Positions 46,681 through 55,587 of a stretch of 64,000 nt of DNA are shown piece after piece. The DNA lies in assembly GCA_965221775.1 (NCBI GenBank), contig CBDCSU010000005.1:128001-192000 (forward strand), in the 5' to 3' direction. The position numbers and the translations under genes are program-made. Source of the stretch: Candidatus Latescibacterota bacterium. Its GTDB lineage: Bacteria; Latescibacterota; UBA2968; UBA8231. Each line of letters begins with the position of its first letter. Position 1 is the first letter of the stretch. Under the pieces are notes generated by a model. It searched no databases, had not been told where the DNA came from, and saw nothing but the letters and a program-made list of their open reading frames with translations.

Positions 46681-47613
46681 ATGAGAAAATCCCTCACCAT
46701 GGCGGCTCTGCTGCTGGCCTTCGGCTCGGCGCAAGCCCACGTGCCCCCAGGCACCGTCCTCGGGGTCTGGCAGTGGCCTTCGCATGCCCTGCCCGTCATG
46801 GACGGCGACATCAGCGAGTGGGAGGTCATACCCGAATACCTCTGGCTCACCATGTCCACCCTGGACAACGACGGCAACGCCCTGTTCCACGCCGTGGCGG
46901 GCGATCACAAGGGCATGGACGGCACCGATAATGACGCCGCAGACCTCACCATCCGCATGGCCGTCGCCTGGAACGACGAGTACGACCGCATGTACTTCGC
47001 CCAGGATCGCTTCGACGACACGTGGGACCGCGACGTGGCGGAGCCGCCCGGCGCGTGCGGCGGCGACGACAGCATCGAGATCCACGTTGACGCCGACCAC
47101 AGCGGTGGCCTCATGGTCACCGGCGACGAAGAGACGCAAGCCAGGTCTGCCCAGATTGCCCACTGGCGCTGGCCGCCCATCGGAGAAGGGAACAACGCCT
47201 GGAGTTGGATGTGGGTGAGCGCCGCCACCTGGCACGACAAGCCGCCCTATGCCTGCTGCCCCGACTCCTACGACTTGGACGGTGAGCACGGCGGCACCGA
47301 TGTGAGTCTGATCTCCGAGTGGTGGTCCGTCTACTTCAACAACCTGGTTCACCTGTCGCCCGAGGAGAGCGTGGTCGCCCCCTTGTCGGAGAACCAGATC
47401 ATTGGAATGGGGATCGCCTTCTGCGACATCGACGGGACCTCCAACGAGTCGGGCCACAATTCGGTCTGGCGGTCGGGCGGTCCCGGTGGCGCGAGGTGGT
47501 ACGCCGACAGCGACGTCGTCAGCGACTGGCTCCTGCTGCCGGTGGATCCAGCTTTGGCCACCGCCGTCGAGTCCAACAGCTGGGGCCAAGTCAAGGCCAG
47601 CCTGGAGCAGTAA
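46681..47613 (+). CDS. Secreted CBM9/DOMON-like protein C2, close paralog of C1
   Basis: MRKSLTMAALLLAFGSAQA-HVPPG; long stretches identical to C1 (MVTGDEETQARSAQIAHWRWPPIGEGNNAWSWMWVSAATWHDK); ends TAVESNSWGQVKASLEQ. Confidence 0.72.
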   Translation: MRKSLTMAALLLAFGSAQAHVPPGTVLGVWQWPSHALPVMDGDISEWEVIPEYLWLTMSTLDNDGNALFHAVAGDHKGMDGTDNDAADLTIRMAVAWNDEYDRMYFAQDRFDDTWDRDVAEPPGACGGDDSIEIHVDADHSGGLMVTGDEETQARSAQIAHWRWPPIGEGNNAWSWMWVSAATWHDKPPYACCPDSYDLDGEHGGTDVSLISEWWSVYFNNLVHLSPEESVVAPLSENQIIGMGIAFCDIDGTSNESGHNSVWRSGGPGGARWYADSDVVSDWLLLPVDPALATAVESNSWGQVKASLEQ

Positions 47614-47648
47614 GAGCGGCTGCACCCAACGCCGCTGGTAACCGTTCC

Positions 47649-47686
47649 AGGGAGGCAGGCCGCCGCGGCCTGCCTCCCTTTCTCTT
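47649..47686 (+). terminator. Rho-independent terminator
   Basis: AGGGAGGCAGGCC-loop-GGCCTGCCTCCCT followed by TTCTCTT; same stem as at 46524. Confidence 0.85.
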
Positions 47687-47726
47687 GCCCCAGGATCTGA
47701 CGACCGCCCCGGAGGGGATCGACTCG

Positions 47727-49196
47727 ATGGACAGCAAGGGACCCGCCCCCGCCAAGACCGCCGACGAGAGCTCGGCTCCAGCCGCGCTCTGGCGGCGGGG
47801 AGCGGACCTGTGGGACGTCAAGGGCCACGTGGAGCGCCCGGCGAAGCGGATCCCCGTGGTCGAGGAGGTCGATGTCCTCGTCGCCGGCGGCGGCATCACC
47901 GGGATCATCGCCGCCCTGGCCGCGGGTCGGCTGGGCGCCCGGACCCTGGTGGTGGAACCCTTCGGCAGCCTGGGCGGCAACATGGGCCCCGGCATGTTCG
48001 CCGGCGGATCCCTGCACCTGGCCCTGAAGAACCCCGAAGCCTTCCCCGACGGCCTCGGCGGCATTCCCCAGGAGTTCAACGAACGGGTTGTTCACCACGA
48101 GGAGCGGCGGGTCGGCTCCGACTACCTGCGCGACAGCAAGACCGTGCCCTACGTGGCCACGCGGATGCTCGAGGAAGCGGGGGTGGAGATCCTCCTCTTC
48201 AGCGCCGTGGTCGACGTGATGAAGGAGGAGGACCGGCTCACCGGCATTTTCGTGGAGAACAAGTCGGGCACCCTGGCCATCCGCTCCCGCGTCGCCGTGG
48301 ACTGCACGGGTACGGCAGACGTGGCCGACCGCGCCGGGGCCCCCGTGGTCGAGCTGGAGGAGAATCCCTCCATGGGCGTCTACTTCGGCATCATGGGGGT
48401 CGACGCCGAGCAGTGGGAGCGGGCCCGGGACGGACGCCCCGCCCTCACGGCGGAGGACGAGGCCTGGCTGGAGGAGCACCAGGTGCCGCCGCAGCTCATG
48501 CCCTGGGCGCGCCAGGCCTGGGAGGCGGGGGACTTTCGGATCGTCCAGGTCGTGGACGGCTTCGCCACCCTCGAGATCACCCTCATGGAGCCCAAGGGGG
48601 ATCCGCCGTCGGTCAACTGCCGGACCCGCGTCAACGGACGGTTCCATCCCGGTGACGGTCTCGCCCTCTCCCGCATACAGCGGCAGCAGTGGTGCTTCAT
48701 CTACGAGTTCGTCGAGTTCATGAACCGCTACGTCCCGGGTTACGAGGACGCCTACCTCTACGTCGTCTCCCCGTACTTCCAGGCCCGGGGGGGCAAGAGC
48801 ATCGAGAGCGAGCGCGCCCTCACCGTGGAGGATGTGGCCGCCGGGGCCCGCTTCGACGACGTGATCTACACCTACTACGACGACAAGCGCTTCGTGGAGG
48901 GCGGAGTCGACGTCCCCTACCGCATGCTCATCCCCAGGGGAGTGGACGGCCTGATCGCCTCCGGGCGCAGCGCCATGAAGCGCGGACCCCAGTTCCGCCA
49001 GCGCTACAGCGCCCAGCAGATGGGTCAGGTAGCCGGTACGGCGGCGGCCCTGGCCGCCCGCGAGGGCGTCTCCCCCCGCGACCTGGACGTGCGGCTCCTG
49101 CAGCAAACGCTGCTGGCGGCGCGGCACCACATCGCGCCGCCGGAGCGGCTGCGGCAACTGGGCCTCACCCCGCCGGACCCCGCGCAGGAGGGTTGA
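47727..49196 (+). CDS. FAD-dependent oxidoreductase (FAD_oxidored family)
   Basis: DVLVAGGGITGIIAALAAGRLGARTLVVE, VDCTGTADVA, VPYRMLIPRGVDGLIASGR, MGQVAGTAAALA. Confidence 0.88.
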   Translation: MDSKGPAPAKTADESSAPAALWRRGADLWDVKGHVERPAKRIPVVEEVDVLVAGGGITGIIAALAAGRLGARTLVVEPFGSLGGNMGPGMFAGGSLHLALKNPEAFPDGLGGIPQEFNERVVHHEERRVGSDYLRDSKTVPYVATRMLEEAGVEILLFSAVVDVMKEEDRLTGIFVENKSGTLAIRSRVAVDCTGTADVADRAGAPVVELEENPSMGVYFGIMGVDAEQWERARDGRPALTAEDEAWLEEHQVPPQLMPWARQAWEAGDFRIVQVVDGFATLEITLMEPKGDPPSVNCRTRVNGRFHPGDGLALSRIQRQQWCFIYEFVEFMNRYVPGYEDAYLYVVSPYFQARGGKSIESERALTVEDVAAGARFDDVIYTYYDDKRFVEGGVDVPYRMLIPRGVDGLIASGRSAMKRGPQFRQRYSAQQMGQVAGTAAALAAREGVSPRDLDVRLLQQTLLAARHHIAPPERLRQLGLTPPDPAQEG

Positions 49197-49197
49197 C

Positions 49198-50169
49198 TTG
49201 AGCGGCGAGCCGGGAGAGCGCTTCTCCTTCATCCAGATCACCGACTGCCACCTTCTGGACACGCCGGACAGCCTGCTGCGGGGACTCTGTCTGCACTTCA
49301 CCCTGCAGCGGGTGCTGCAGCACATCGCCCGCCACGAGGCCGATGGTGCGGACTTCATCCTGGGCACCGGCGACTACGTGAGCTTCCCCCTGGACCGGCC
49401 CTACCAGTGCTTCGCCGGCGCCATCCACCTGCGCCCCACAGCCCCCTTCCCCGGCCCGCAGCGACTGGGCTTTCCGGGCATGGAGGGGATGCCCATCTAC
49501 TTCGTCCCCGGCAACCACGACCAGAACGGGCCCTTCCTCCGCCACCTCTTCCCCGGGTCGCCGACTCCCGATTCCCTCGACTTCGCCTTCACCCACAAGG
49601 GCGTCCGCTTCCTCTGCCTCGACACGCCGAGGTTCGTCAACCGCCCCATCCCGCCGCCTCGGCGGGACCGCATGCCCGACTCCTCCATGCGGCTGCTGGA
49701 AGAGGAGTGTGGCCGGCTGCCGCGGGAGACGCCCATCATCGTCGTCATGCACCTGCCCGCCGCCCCGGTGGCGGAGATGCCCTGGGTGGAGGAGGAGATG
49801 CCCGAGGACATGGACCGGGTGTGGGAGCTCCTCCACGGCCGCAGGGTGCTGGCCCTCCTGCACGGCCACATCCACGCCACCAAGGAGCGCGAGGTGGAGG
49901 GCGTGCCCGTCCTCGGTCTGCGCTCCACGGGCAACCAGTGGGCCGACGGGGACGTGCAGGTCCTGGTCCCCACTACCCTGGCTCCCCACTTCCGCGTCGT
50001 CACCGTAGATGACGGGCGCCTGAGCCACCGCAACGTCGAGGTGGACACGACCTGGGGCAACGTCGGCCTGCAGCCCGGCCTGCCCCTGACGGAGCGCGCC
50101 TTCCTCGAAGAGGGAGGCCCCGCCGTGCGCCACCTCATCCACGGCGATCCCGCCACCAGGGAGTGGTGA
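49198..50169 (+). CDS. Metallophosphoesterase (CpdA/Icc-like)
   Basis: FIQITDCHL, TGD, PGNHD, MH, HGHIH motifs. Confidence 0.85.
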   Translation: MSGEPGERFSFIQITDCHLLDTPDSLLRGLCLHFTLQRVLQHIARHEADGADFILGTGDYVSFPLDRPYQCFAGAIHLRPTAPFPGPQRLGFPGMEGMPIYFVPGNHDQNGPFLRHLFPGSPTPDSLDFAFTHKGVRFLCLDTPRFVNRPIPPPRRDRMPDSSMRLLEEECGRLPRETPIIVVMHLPAAPVAEMPWVEEEMPEDMDRVWELLHGRRVLALLHGHIHATKEREVEGVPVLGLRSTGNQWADGDVQVLVPTTLAPHFRVVTVDDGRLSHRNVEVDTTWGNVGLQPGLPLTERAFLEEGGPAVRHLIHGDPATREW

Positions 50170-51698
50170 TGGAGATCCGCTCCGGCTACCGGGAGGTGGA
50201 GCCCCTGGACGTGAGCTGCGTCGAGCAGATGCTCGTGGACGACCACGTCGTCGAGGACGCCTGGGAGCTCCGCCGTCACCTCCATCCCCCTCTGCGCCAC
50301 CCCGCGGGCCCCGTGCTCCTGGCCGACCGCCCCTGGGAGGACGGCATCCGCACCTGCAACGTGCTGCGAGACGAGGGGGCGGGCCTCTACCACATGCTCT
50401 ACCAGTCGGTCAACGTGGAGGCCTACCAGCGCTACATGAACTACGGGGGCCTCGACCCCCATCCCTGGGACCGCGCCGCCCACGGCACGCCGAAGTACGT
50501 CTGCTACGCCCGCAGCACGGACGGGCTCAACTGGGAGAAGCCGGCCCTCGAAGAGTTCCCCTGGCGGGACCACCCCCGGACCAACGTCGTCTTCCCGGGC
50601 GCCAGCCGGGCCCAGTCGCCGGAGGTCGTGTGGAACCCCGACCGCGGCGACGAGGAGCGCCGCCTGGTGATGCTCTACCGGGACACGATCGGCTACCCGG
50701 GCCCCGGCCAGCAGGATGGGCGTTGTCTCGCCTATTCCCCCGACGGAATCCGCTGGACGCCGGACGAGTCCAACCCCGTGACCCGCGGCGGCAGCGACGG
50801 CCAGAACCCGGTCTGCTGGGACCCGCAGACGGAGCGGTGGTTCTGCTTCTGCCGGCCCAAGGTGATGGCCGTCGACGCGGCGGCCACGCCGCGCCCCTCG
50901 CGGGGCAACACCCGCCGGCGCATGGCGGTCATGACCAGTCCGGACCTGCGCCGATGGTCCTTTCCGCGCGCCGCCATCGTGCCCGACGAGCTCGACATCA
51001 GCACCTTCTGCGTCGAGGGATCGGCGGCGGCCTTCAAGTGGGGCAGCCACTTCTTCTCCTTCGTGCCGATCTCCGACCACTACGGCTCGGGCCGCTGGCG
51101 GACCCAGCTGGCCTTCAGCGCCGACGGCTACCGCTGGAGCCGCCTGCCGGACCGCCCCTGCTGGCTCGAGCCCGGTCCGGAGGGGAGCTGGGACGAGCAC
51201 GCCGCCGTGCCCGCCTGTCCGCCGGTAGACTTGGGCGACAACTGGCTCATTTACTACATCGGGCAGCGCCAGCCGCCGCTGCGCCACGCCCACTCCTTCT
51301 CGCTCACCGCCGTGGGCGCCGCCGTCGTCCCCAGGGGGCGCCTCATCGGCCGCTTCGCCGGCGACGACGACGGCTTCCTCCTCACGCGGGAGCTGCTGGT
51401 GGGAGGACGCCACCTGGAGATCCACTGCGAGCGCGTCATCGACCGGGACGGGCGGCCGCCCTGCGAGATCCGGGTCGGGCTGGCGCGCCGGTCGGGGGCC
51501 GCCGGCGACCACCGCGACGCCGGCTACCACGAGGGCTTCGCCTTGGAGGACTGCCTGCCCATGGGGATGACCAGCTCTGCCCTGCGGGTGCGCTGGCGAG
51601 GCGGCGACGACCTCGGGGCTCTCGTGGGCAAGCCCGCCTTCCTGCGCTTCCACCTGCGCAACGCCGGGCTCTACAGCTTCCGCTTCACCGACGGCTGA
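50169..51698 (+). CDS. Beta-propeller glycoside-hydrolase-like protein with BNR/Asp-box motifs
   Basis: YARSTDGLNWEKP, AYSPDGIRW, TSPDLRRW, FSADGYRW Asp-box repeats; GSWD; C-terminal beta-sandwich (LRFHLRNAGLYSF); TGATG coupling to the upstream gene. Confidence 0.7.
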   Translation: MEIRSGYREVEPLDVSCVEQMLVDDHVVEDAWELRRHLHPPLRHPAGPVLLADRPWEDGIRTCNVLRDEGAGLYHMLYQSVNVEAYQRYMNYGGLDPHPWDRAAHGTPKYVCYARSTDGLNWEKPALEEFPWRDHPRTNVVFPGASRAQSPEVVWNPDRGDEERRLVMLYRDTIGYPGPGQQDGRCLAYSPDGIRWTPDESNPVTRGGSDGQNPVCWDPQTERWFCFCRPKVMAVDAAATPRPSRGNTRRRMAVMTSPDLRRWSFPRAAIVPDELDISTFCVEGSAAAFKWGSHFFSFVPISDHYGSGRWRTQLAFSADGYRWSRLPDRPCWLEPGPEGSWDEHAAVPACPPVDLGDNWLIYYIGQRQPPLRHAHSFSLTAVGAAVVPRGRLIGRFAGDDDGFLLTRELLVGGRHLEIHCERVIDRDGRPPCEIRVGLARRSGAAGDHRDAGYHEGFALEDCLPMGMTSSALRVRWRGGDDLGALVGKPAFLRFHLRNAGLYSFRFTDG

Positions 51699-51753
51699 GC
51701 GCGCCCGCCGCGCGGGATGGACCCCGTCCGCTGCCGCCCCGGGGGAGTCCCGC

Positions 51754-53706
51754 CTAGCCGTAGAAGATGATGTTGCCCACCATGCCGGTGAAGTGGTCGA
51801 TGATGAGGTAGATCCCGCCCGGGACCACGAAGCCGAGGATGATGCCGAGGAAGAAGGGCCGGGTGCGCAGGTAGAGGCGCACGCCGCCGTAGCGCAGGAC
51901 GATGACCTTCACCAGCCAGGCGAGGAACATGTTGAACCACAGGTGGTCCAGGATCCACACCGGCCCTACGACGTAGCCGATGGGGTGCAGGGGCCACCAC
52001 AGGAAGACCGCCCGCGCCAGCATGAGGCCGCCCATGATGAGGCTTCCCGCGCCGATGTGGAGCCAGGTCAGCAACTGCGGCCCCGTGGGAGTCCGGATCA
52101 TGCGCTCGGCGAAGTCGTAGCCGCCGCCGTAGGGCCGGTAGAGATTGATCGCCCCCGACGCGTGGCCCAGCTCCATGATCGTCCACACCGCCCCGAAGAA
52201 GGCGATGGCCACGGCCGCCACCATGACCCAGAACAGGGGCCGCTTGGAGGAGGGCTTCATGTCGTCGCTGAGGCGCAGCGACTGGGCCGCCGAGGTCATG
52301 ACGAAGTTGCGGCCCTCCGACCACCAGATGCAGAGGCCGAGGATCACCATGCTCGGCTCTCCCAGCCTCGCCGAGCCGATGAGGGAGGCCATGATCCCCG
52401 CCGGGACCACCGGAGGCGCGCCGTCGGAGAGCCCGCCCTCGGCAACGATGCGGGAGTAGCCCACGAGCAGCACCCCCACGAGGAAGATGAGGGCGACCCC
52501 GTAGATGACGGGCAACCCGGCGAGGGCCAGCCAGCCGACCATGACCAGGCAGCCCGTCACCAGGATGATGACGGCGGCCCGGTAGGAGAGGATCTCGTCG
52601 CTGTCGTCGACGCCGGGATCGCCGTAGAGGGCCTTGCGGAAGACGGCCTTCAGGTGAGTCCGCCCCATCCACAGGCCTCCGAAGAACAGGGCCAGCATGC
52701 CGCCCATGGCTTGGTAGGCGAGGATCAGGTTGGGGACGGCGTGGCCCACGTCCTCGGTGGCCACCATGCCCGTCTCGGTGATCCCGATGCCGAGGCGGGC
52801 GAAGACACCCCGGGCCACGAAGGAGAGGAGGTTGAAGAACCAGATGCTGAAGGCGATGTCCGTCTTGAGGAAGTAGAAGAACCCCAGGATATTGAAGCGC
52901 AGGAGGAAGTAGAGGTCGTGGACGCCGTCGAAGATGGGAAGGGTGAAGTGGATCGGATCGACCCGGGTGGCCACGGCGACGATGCCGGGAAAGTAGTTGT
53001 AGAGCCCGTGGAGGGTGCCGTAGAGAGCCGGCACGGCAAAGCCGGCCCACATGACCGGGTCCTTGTAGAACCGCCCGAGCCTCCCCTTGTCGCCGTCCTC
53101 GCCGACCATGGCCAGCGGCACCTGGAGGAGGGGAAAGATGAGGCGCTCGTTCTCCACCCACTGGCGCCGCATGATCACCATGGAGGCGATCATCACCAGG
53201 AACAAGGCCCAGAGGAAGGGCATCCAGGCGGCGAAGACGCGCAGCCAGGGACCCCACGGGATCTCCTGGCCCTGGGCGACGCCTTCGAAGAAGAGCTGCA
53301 CCAGCTCGGGCGAATGGGGAACGATCCAGTCGGGCAGATGCGGCAGGACGATGTTGCGCCAGTCGTTCTCCGGCGTGGCGTAGTAGAAGGGGTAGGTCAG
53401 GGAGCAGATATACTTGTAGACGAACAGGCGCGGCAGGGGCGAGGCCATGACGAGCATGACGTAGACCAGGAGCAGCTCGCCCCGCCGCAGTCCCGCCCTT
53501 GGCGAGATCAGCTTGAGGGCGGGATTCACCAGCAGCGTGATGAGGAAGAGCACGAAGACGGCGCCGGGCATGCTCGTGCCCGTGGACATGAGGGAGCCCT
53601 TCAGGTAGAGGGCCCCGTACGCCGTGCCCGCCGAGACGACGAAGGCGCCGATCGAGCCCACGAGGAGGGCGCGCAGGGTGAAGATGCTTTCAGGCTGCTT
53701 CTGCAT
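51754..53706 (-). CDS. DUF6785/DUF6784-like polytopic membrane protein (putative transporter)
   Basis: TLRALLVG, IPWGPWL, RRQWVENERLIFPL, YSRIVAEGG, WWPLHPIGY, RYGG.RLY...RPFFLG; many TM segments. Confidence 0.72.
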   Translation of the reverse strand: MQKQPESIFTLRALLVGSIGAFVVSAGTAYGALYLKGSLMSTGTSMPGAVFVLFLITLLVNPALKLISPRAGLRRGELLLVYVMLVMASPLPRLFVYKYICSLTYPFYYATPENDWRNIVLPHLPDWIVPHSPELVQLFFEGVAQGQEIPWGPWLRVFAAWMPFLWALFLVMIASMVIMRRQWVENERLIFPLLQVPLAMVGEDGDKGRLGRFYKDPVMWAGFAVPALYGTLHGLYNYFPGIVAVATRVDPIHFTLPIFDGVHDLYFLLRFNILGFFYFLKTDIAFSIWFFNLLSFVARGVFARLGIGITETGMVATEDVGHAVPNLILAYQAMGGMLALFFGGLWMGRTHLKAVFRKALYGDPGVDDSDEILSYRAAVIILVTGCLVMVGWLALAGLPVIYGVALIFLVGVLLVGYSRIVAEGGLSDGAPPVVPAGIMASLIGSARLGEPSMVILGLCIWWSEGRNFVMTSAAQSLRLSDDMKPSSKRPLFWVMVAAVAIAFFGAVWTIMELGHASGAINLYRPYGGGYDFAERMIRTPTGPQLLTWLHIGAGSLIMGGLMLARAVFLWWPLHPIGYVVGPVWILDHLWFNMFLAWLVKVIVLRYGGVRLYLRTRPFFLGIILGFVVPGGIYLIIDHFTGMVGNIIFYG

Positions 53707-53792
53707 GGGCGTGGGGTCGGCTCCCTCGGGTTTTTGCCGAAGCGGGTGAATATAGACGGATTCCGCGACTGGAGCCCGGGGGGGAGGCCTGA

Positions 53793-55577
53793 GTGAGGCC
53801 CTTTCTCGGCGTCCTGCTGCTGGCCCTGGTACTGCGCCTCCTGCACGCCTGGCAGATGGCCTCGAGTCCGCTCTACGACGAGCCGGCGGTGGACGGCATG
53901 ACCTACCTGGCCCACGCCGAGGCCCTGGCCGCCGGCGACTGGCTGGGCCGGGACCGGCCCGCCTTCTGGCAGCCGCCCCTCTATCCCTACGTGCTGGGGG
54001 TGGTGAAGGCCGTCTTCCCCGACTCCTTCTTCCACGCCGTGCGCTGCATCCAGGCCCTGTGGGGCGCCCTCGCCTGCGCTCTCACATATCTCCTGGGAGC
54101 CCGCCTTTTCTCAACCAGGGTCGGTCTCGCCGCCGGCCTGGCCGCCGCCCTCTGCGGCCCCCTGATCTACTTCGACGCGGAGATCCTGCCCGCGAGCCTG
54201 GCCACCGTCCTCGGCTTGGGGGGCCTGCTGCTGCTGCTGTGCGCCCGGCGGCGGGGTACGCCGACGGCCTTCCTCCCGGCAGGTCTGGTGTACGGCCTCG
54301 CGGCCCTGGCGGTGCCGACGGTCCTCGGCTTCTGCCTCCTGGCGGCGGCCTGGATCGCCTGGAAGGGTCCCTCGGCGAGCGCCGCCGTCCTCTTCCTACT
54401 CGGCATCGCCGCGGCGGTCCTGCCCGTGGCCTGGCGCAACTACGCCATCGGCGGCGAGCCGGTCCTCATCTCCTACAACTCGGGCATCAATTTCCACATC
54501 GGCAACAGCGCCGACCACGAGCGCCTGGTGAGGATCCGCCCCGGGTGGGAGTGGGACGACCTCGTGGCCGAGCCGGTGAACGCCGGCATCGAGGATCGCT
54601 CCGCTCGCTCCGCCTGGTTCTGGAAGCGGGCCCTGGAGTATATGCGCGCCGAGCCGCTGGACTATGCCGCCCTGCAGGCACGCAAGAGCCTGCGCCTCCT
54701 CAACGGCCACGAGGAGGGCCGCAACCAGGGCATCTACTACTGGCGCCACTACTCCGGGGTCCTGGCGGCCACCCTGTGGAAGCGGGTCGTCGCCTTCCCC
54801 TTCGGCGTCATCGCCCCTCTCGCCGTCCTCGGCCTGGTCCTGGCCCTCCATCGCCGCGGGCTGGACCCGGCGGCCCTCTTCGTCCTCGCCTACGCGGCGG
54901 GCATCGTCGCCTTCTTTCCCACGGCGCGCTACCGGGCGCCCATGCTCCCCGTCCTGCTGATCCTGGCCGCCCACGCCGGCTGGTGGCTGTGGGACCGCTT
55001 CCGCGAGGGCCGGTACCGGGACACCGCCCTCGCGGCCACGACAGCGGCCGTCGGGGCGTTGGTCAGCAACCTCGGCGCCGGTCCCATGGACATGACCGGG
55101 GACGCCGCCATCCACTACAACATCGGCCAGGCCCACTCCCGCCAGGGCCGCGCCGCCGAGGCCGCCCGGTCCCTCACCCGGGCGGTGGAGATGGACTCCA
55201 CCTACTGGCAGGCCTGGAACGACCTGGGCACGATCCATGCCCGACAGGGGGATGCCGCAGAGGCCGCCGCCATCCTCGAGCGGGTGACCCGGGCCCGCCC
55301 CGACCGCCCCGAGCCGTGGGTCAACCTCGCCCACTGCTACCGGGCCCTGGGCCGGGTCGAGGAGGCCGTCCCCGCCTACGGCCGGGCCCTGGCGGCCAGC
55401 AACTACCTGCCGATCCTGGCCGCCGAGCTGATGCAGCTTCACCTGCAGCGCGGCGATCCCGACGCGGCGCGGAAGGTCCTCGGGGACGCCCTCGAGCACC
55501 GCCCCGGCGACCGCGAGAGACTGCTCCACATCTTCGCCCGCCTGCAGTCGCCGGCCGCCCCGGGCCGCCGGCGATGA
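53793..55577 (+). CDS. GT-C (ArnT/PMT-like) membrane glycosyltransferase with C-terminal TPR repeats
   Basis: D..TY...A, QPPLYPYVLG, WRNY, SGINFHIGN, ARYRAP; TPRs (AIHYNIG, AWNDLG, PWVNLA). Confidence 0.8.
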   Translation: MRPFLGVLLLALVLRLLHAWQMASSPLYDEPAVDGMTYLAHAEALAAGDWLGRDRPAFWQPPLYPYVLGVVKAVFPDSFFHAVRCIQALWGALACALTYLLGARLFSTRVGLAAGLAAALCGPLIYFDAEILPASLATVLGLGGLLLLLCARRRGTPTAFLPAGLVYGLAALAVPTVLGFCLLAAAWIAWKGPSASAAVLFLLGIAAAVLPVAWRNYAIGGEPVLISYNSGINFHIGNSADHERLVRIRPGWEWDDLVAEPVNAGIEDRSARSAWFWKRALEYMRAEPLDYAALQARKSLRLLNGHEEGRNQGIYYWRHYSGVLAATLWKRVVAFPFGVIAPLAVLGLVLALHRRGLDPAALFVLAYAAGIVAFFPTARYRAPMLPVLLILAAHAGWWLWDRFREGRYRDTALAATTAAVGALVSNLGAGPMDMTGDAAIHYNIGQAHSRQGRAAEAARSLTRAVEMDSTYWQAWNDLGTIHARQGDAAEAAAILERVTRARPDRPEPWVNLAHCYRALGRVEEAVPAYGRALAASNYLPILAAELMQLHLQRGDPDAARKVLGDALEHRPGDRERLLHIFARLQSPAAPGRRR

Positions 55578-55587
55578 CGCCGCTGCC

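Larger units (their letters stand above)
45452..47686 (+). repeat. Tandem duplication of a ~1.1-kb promoter-gene-terminator unit
   Basis: Units ~45452-46560 and ~46578-47686 share the -35 box, the leader CCATCATGCGATTGGAG, the CDS, a GAGCGGCTG..GCCGCTGGT hairpin and the terminator stem. Confidence 0.85.

Noticed and set aside
45452-47686. Duplicated unit as an assembly artefact or mobile element
   Set aside because: The copies differ by many substitutions and small indels, and there is no transposase, terminal inverted repeat or target-site duplication.
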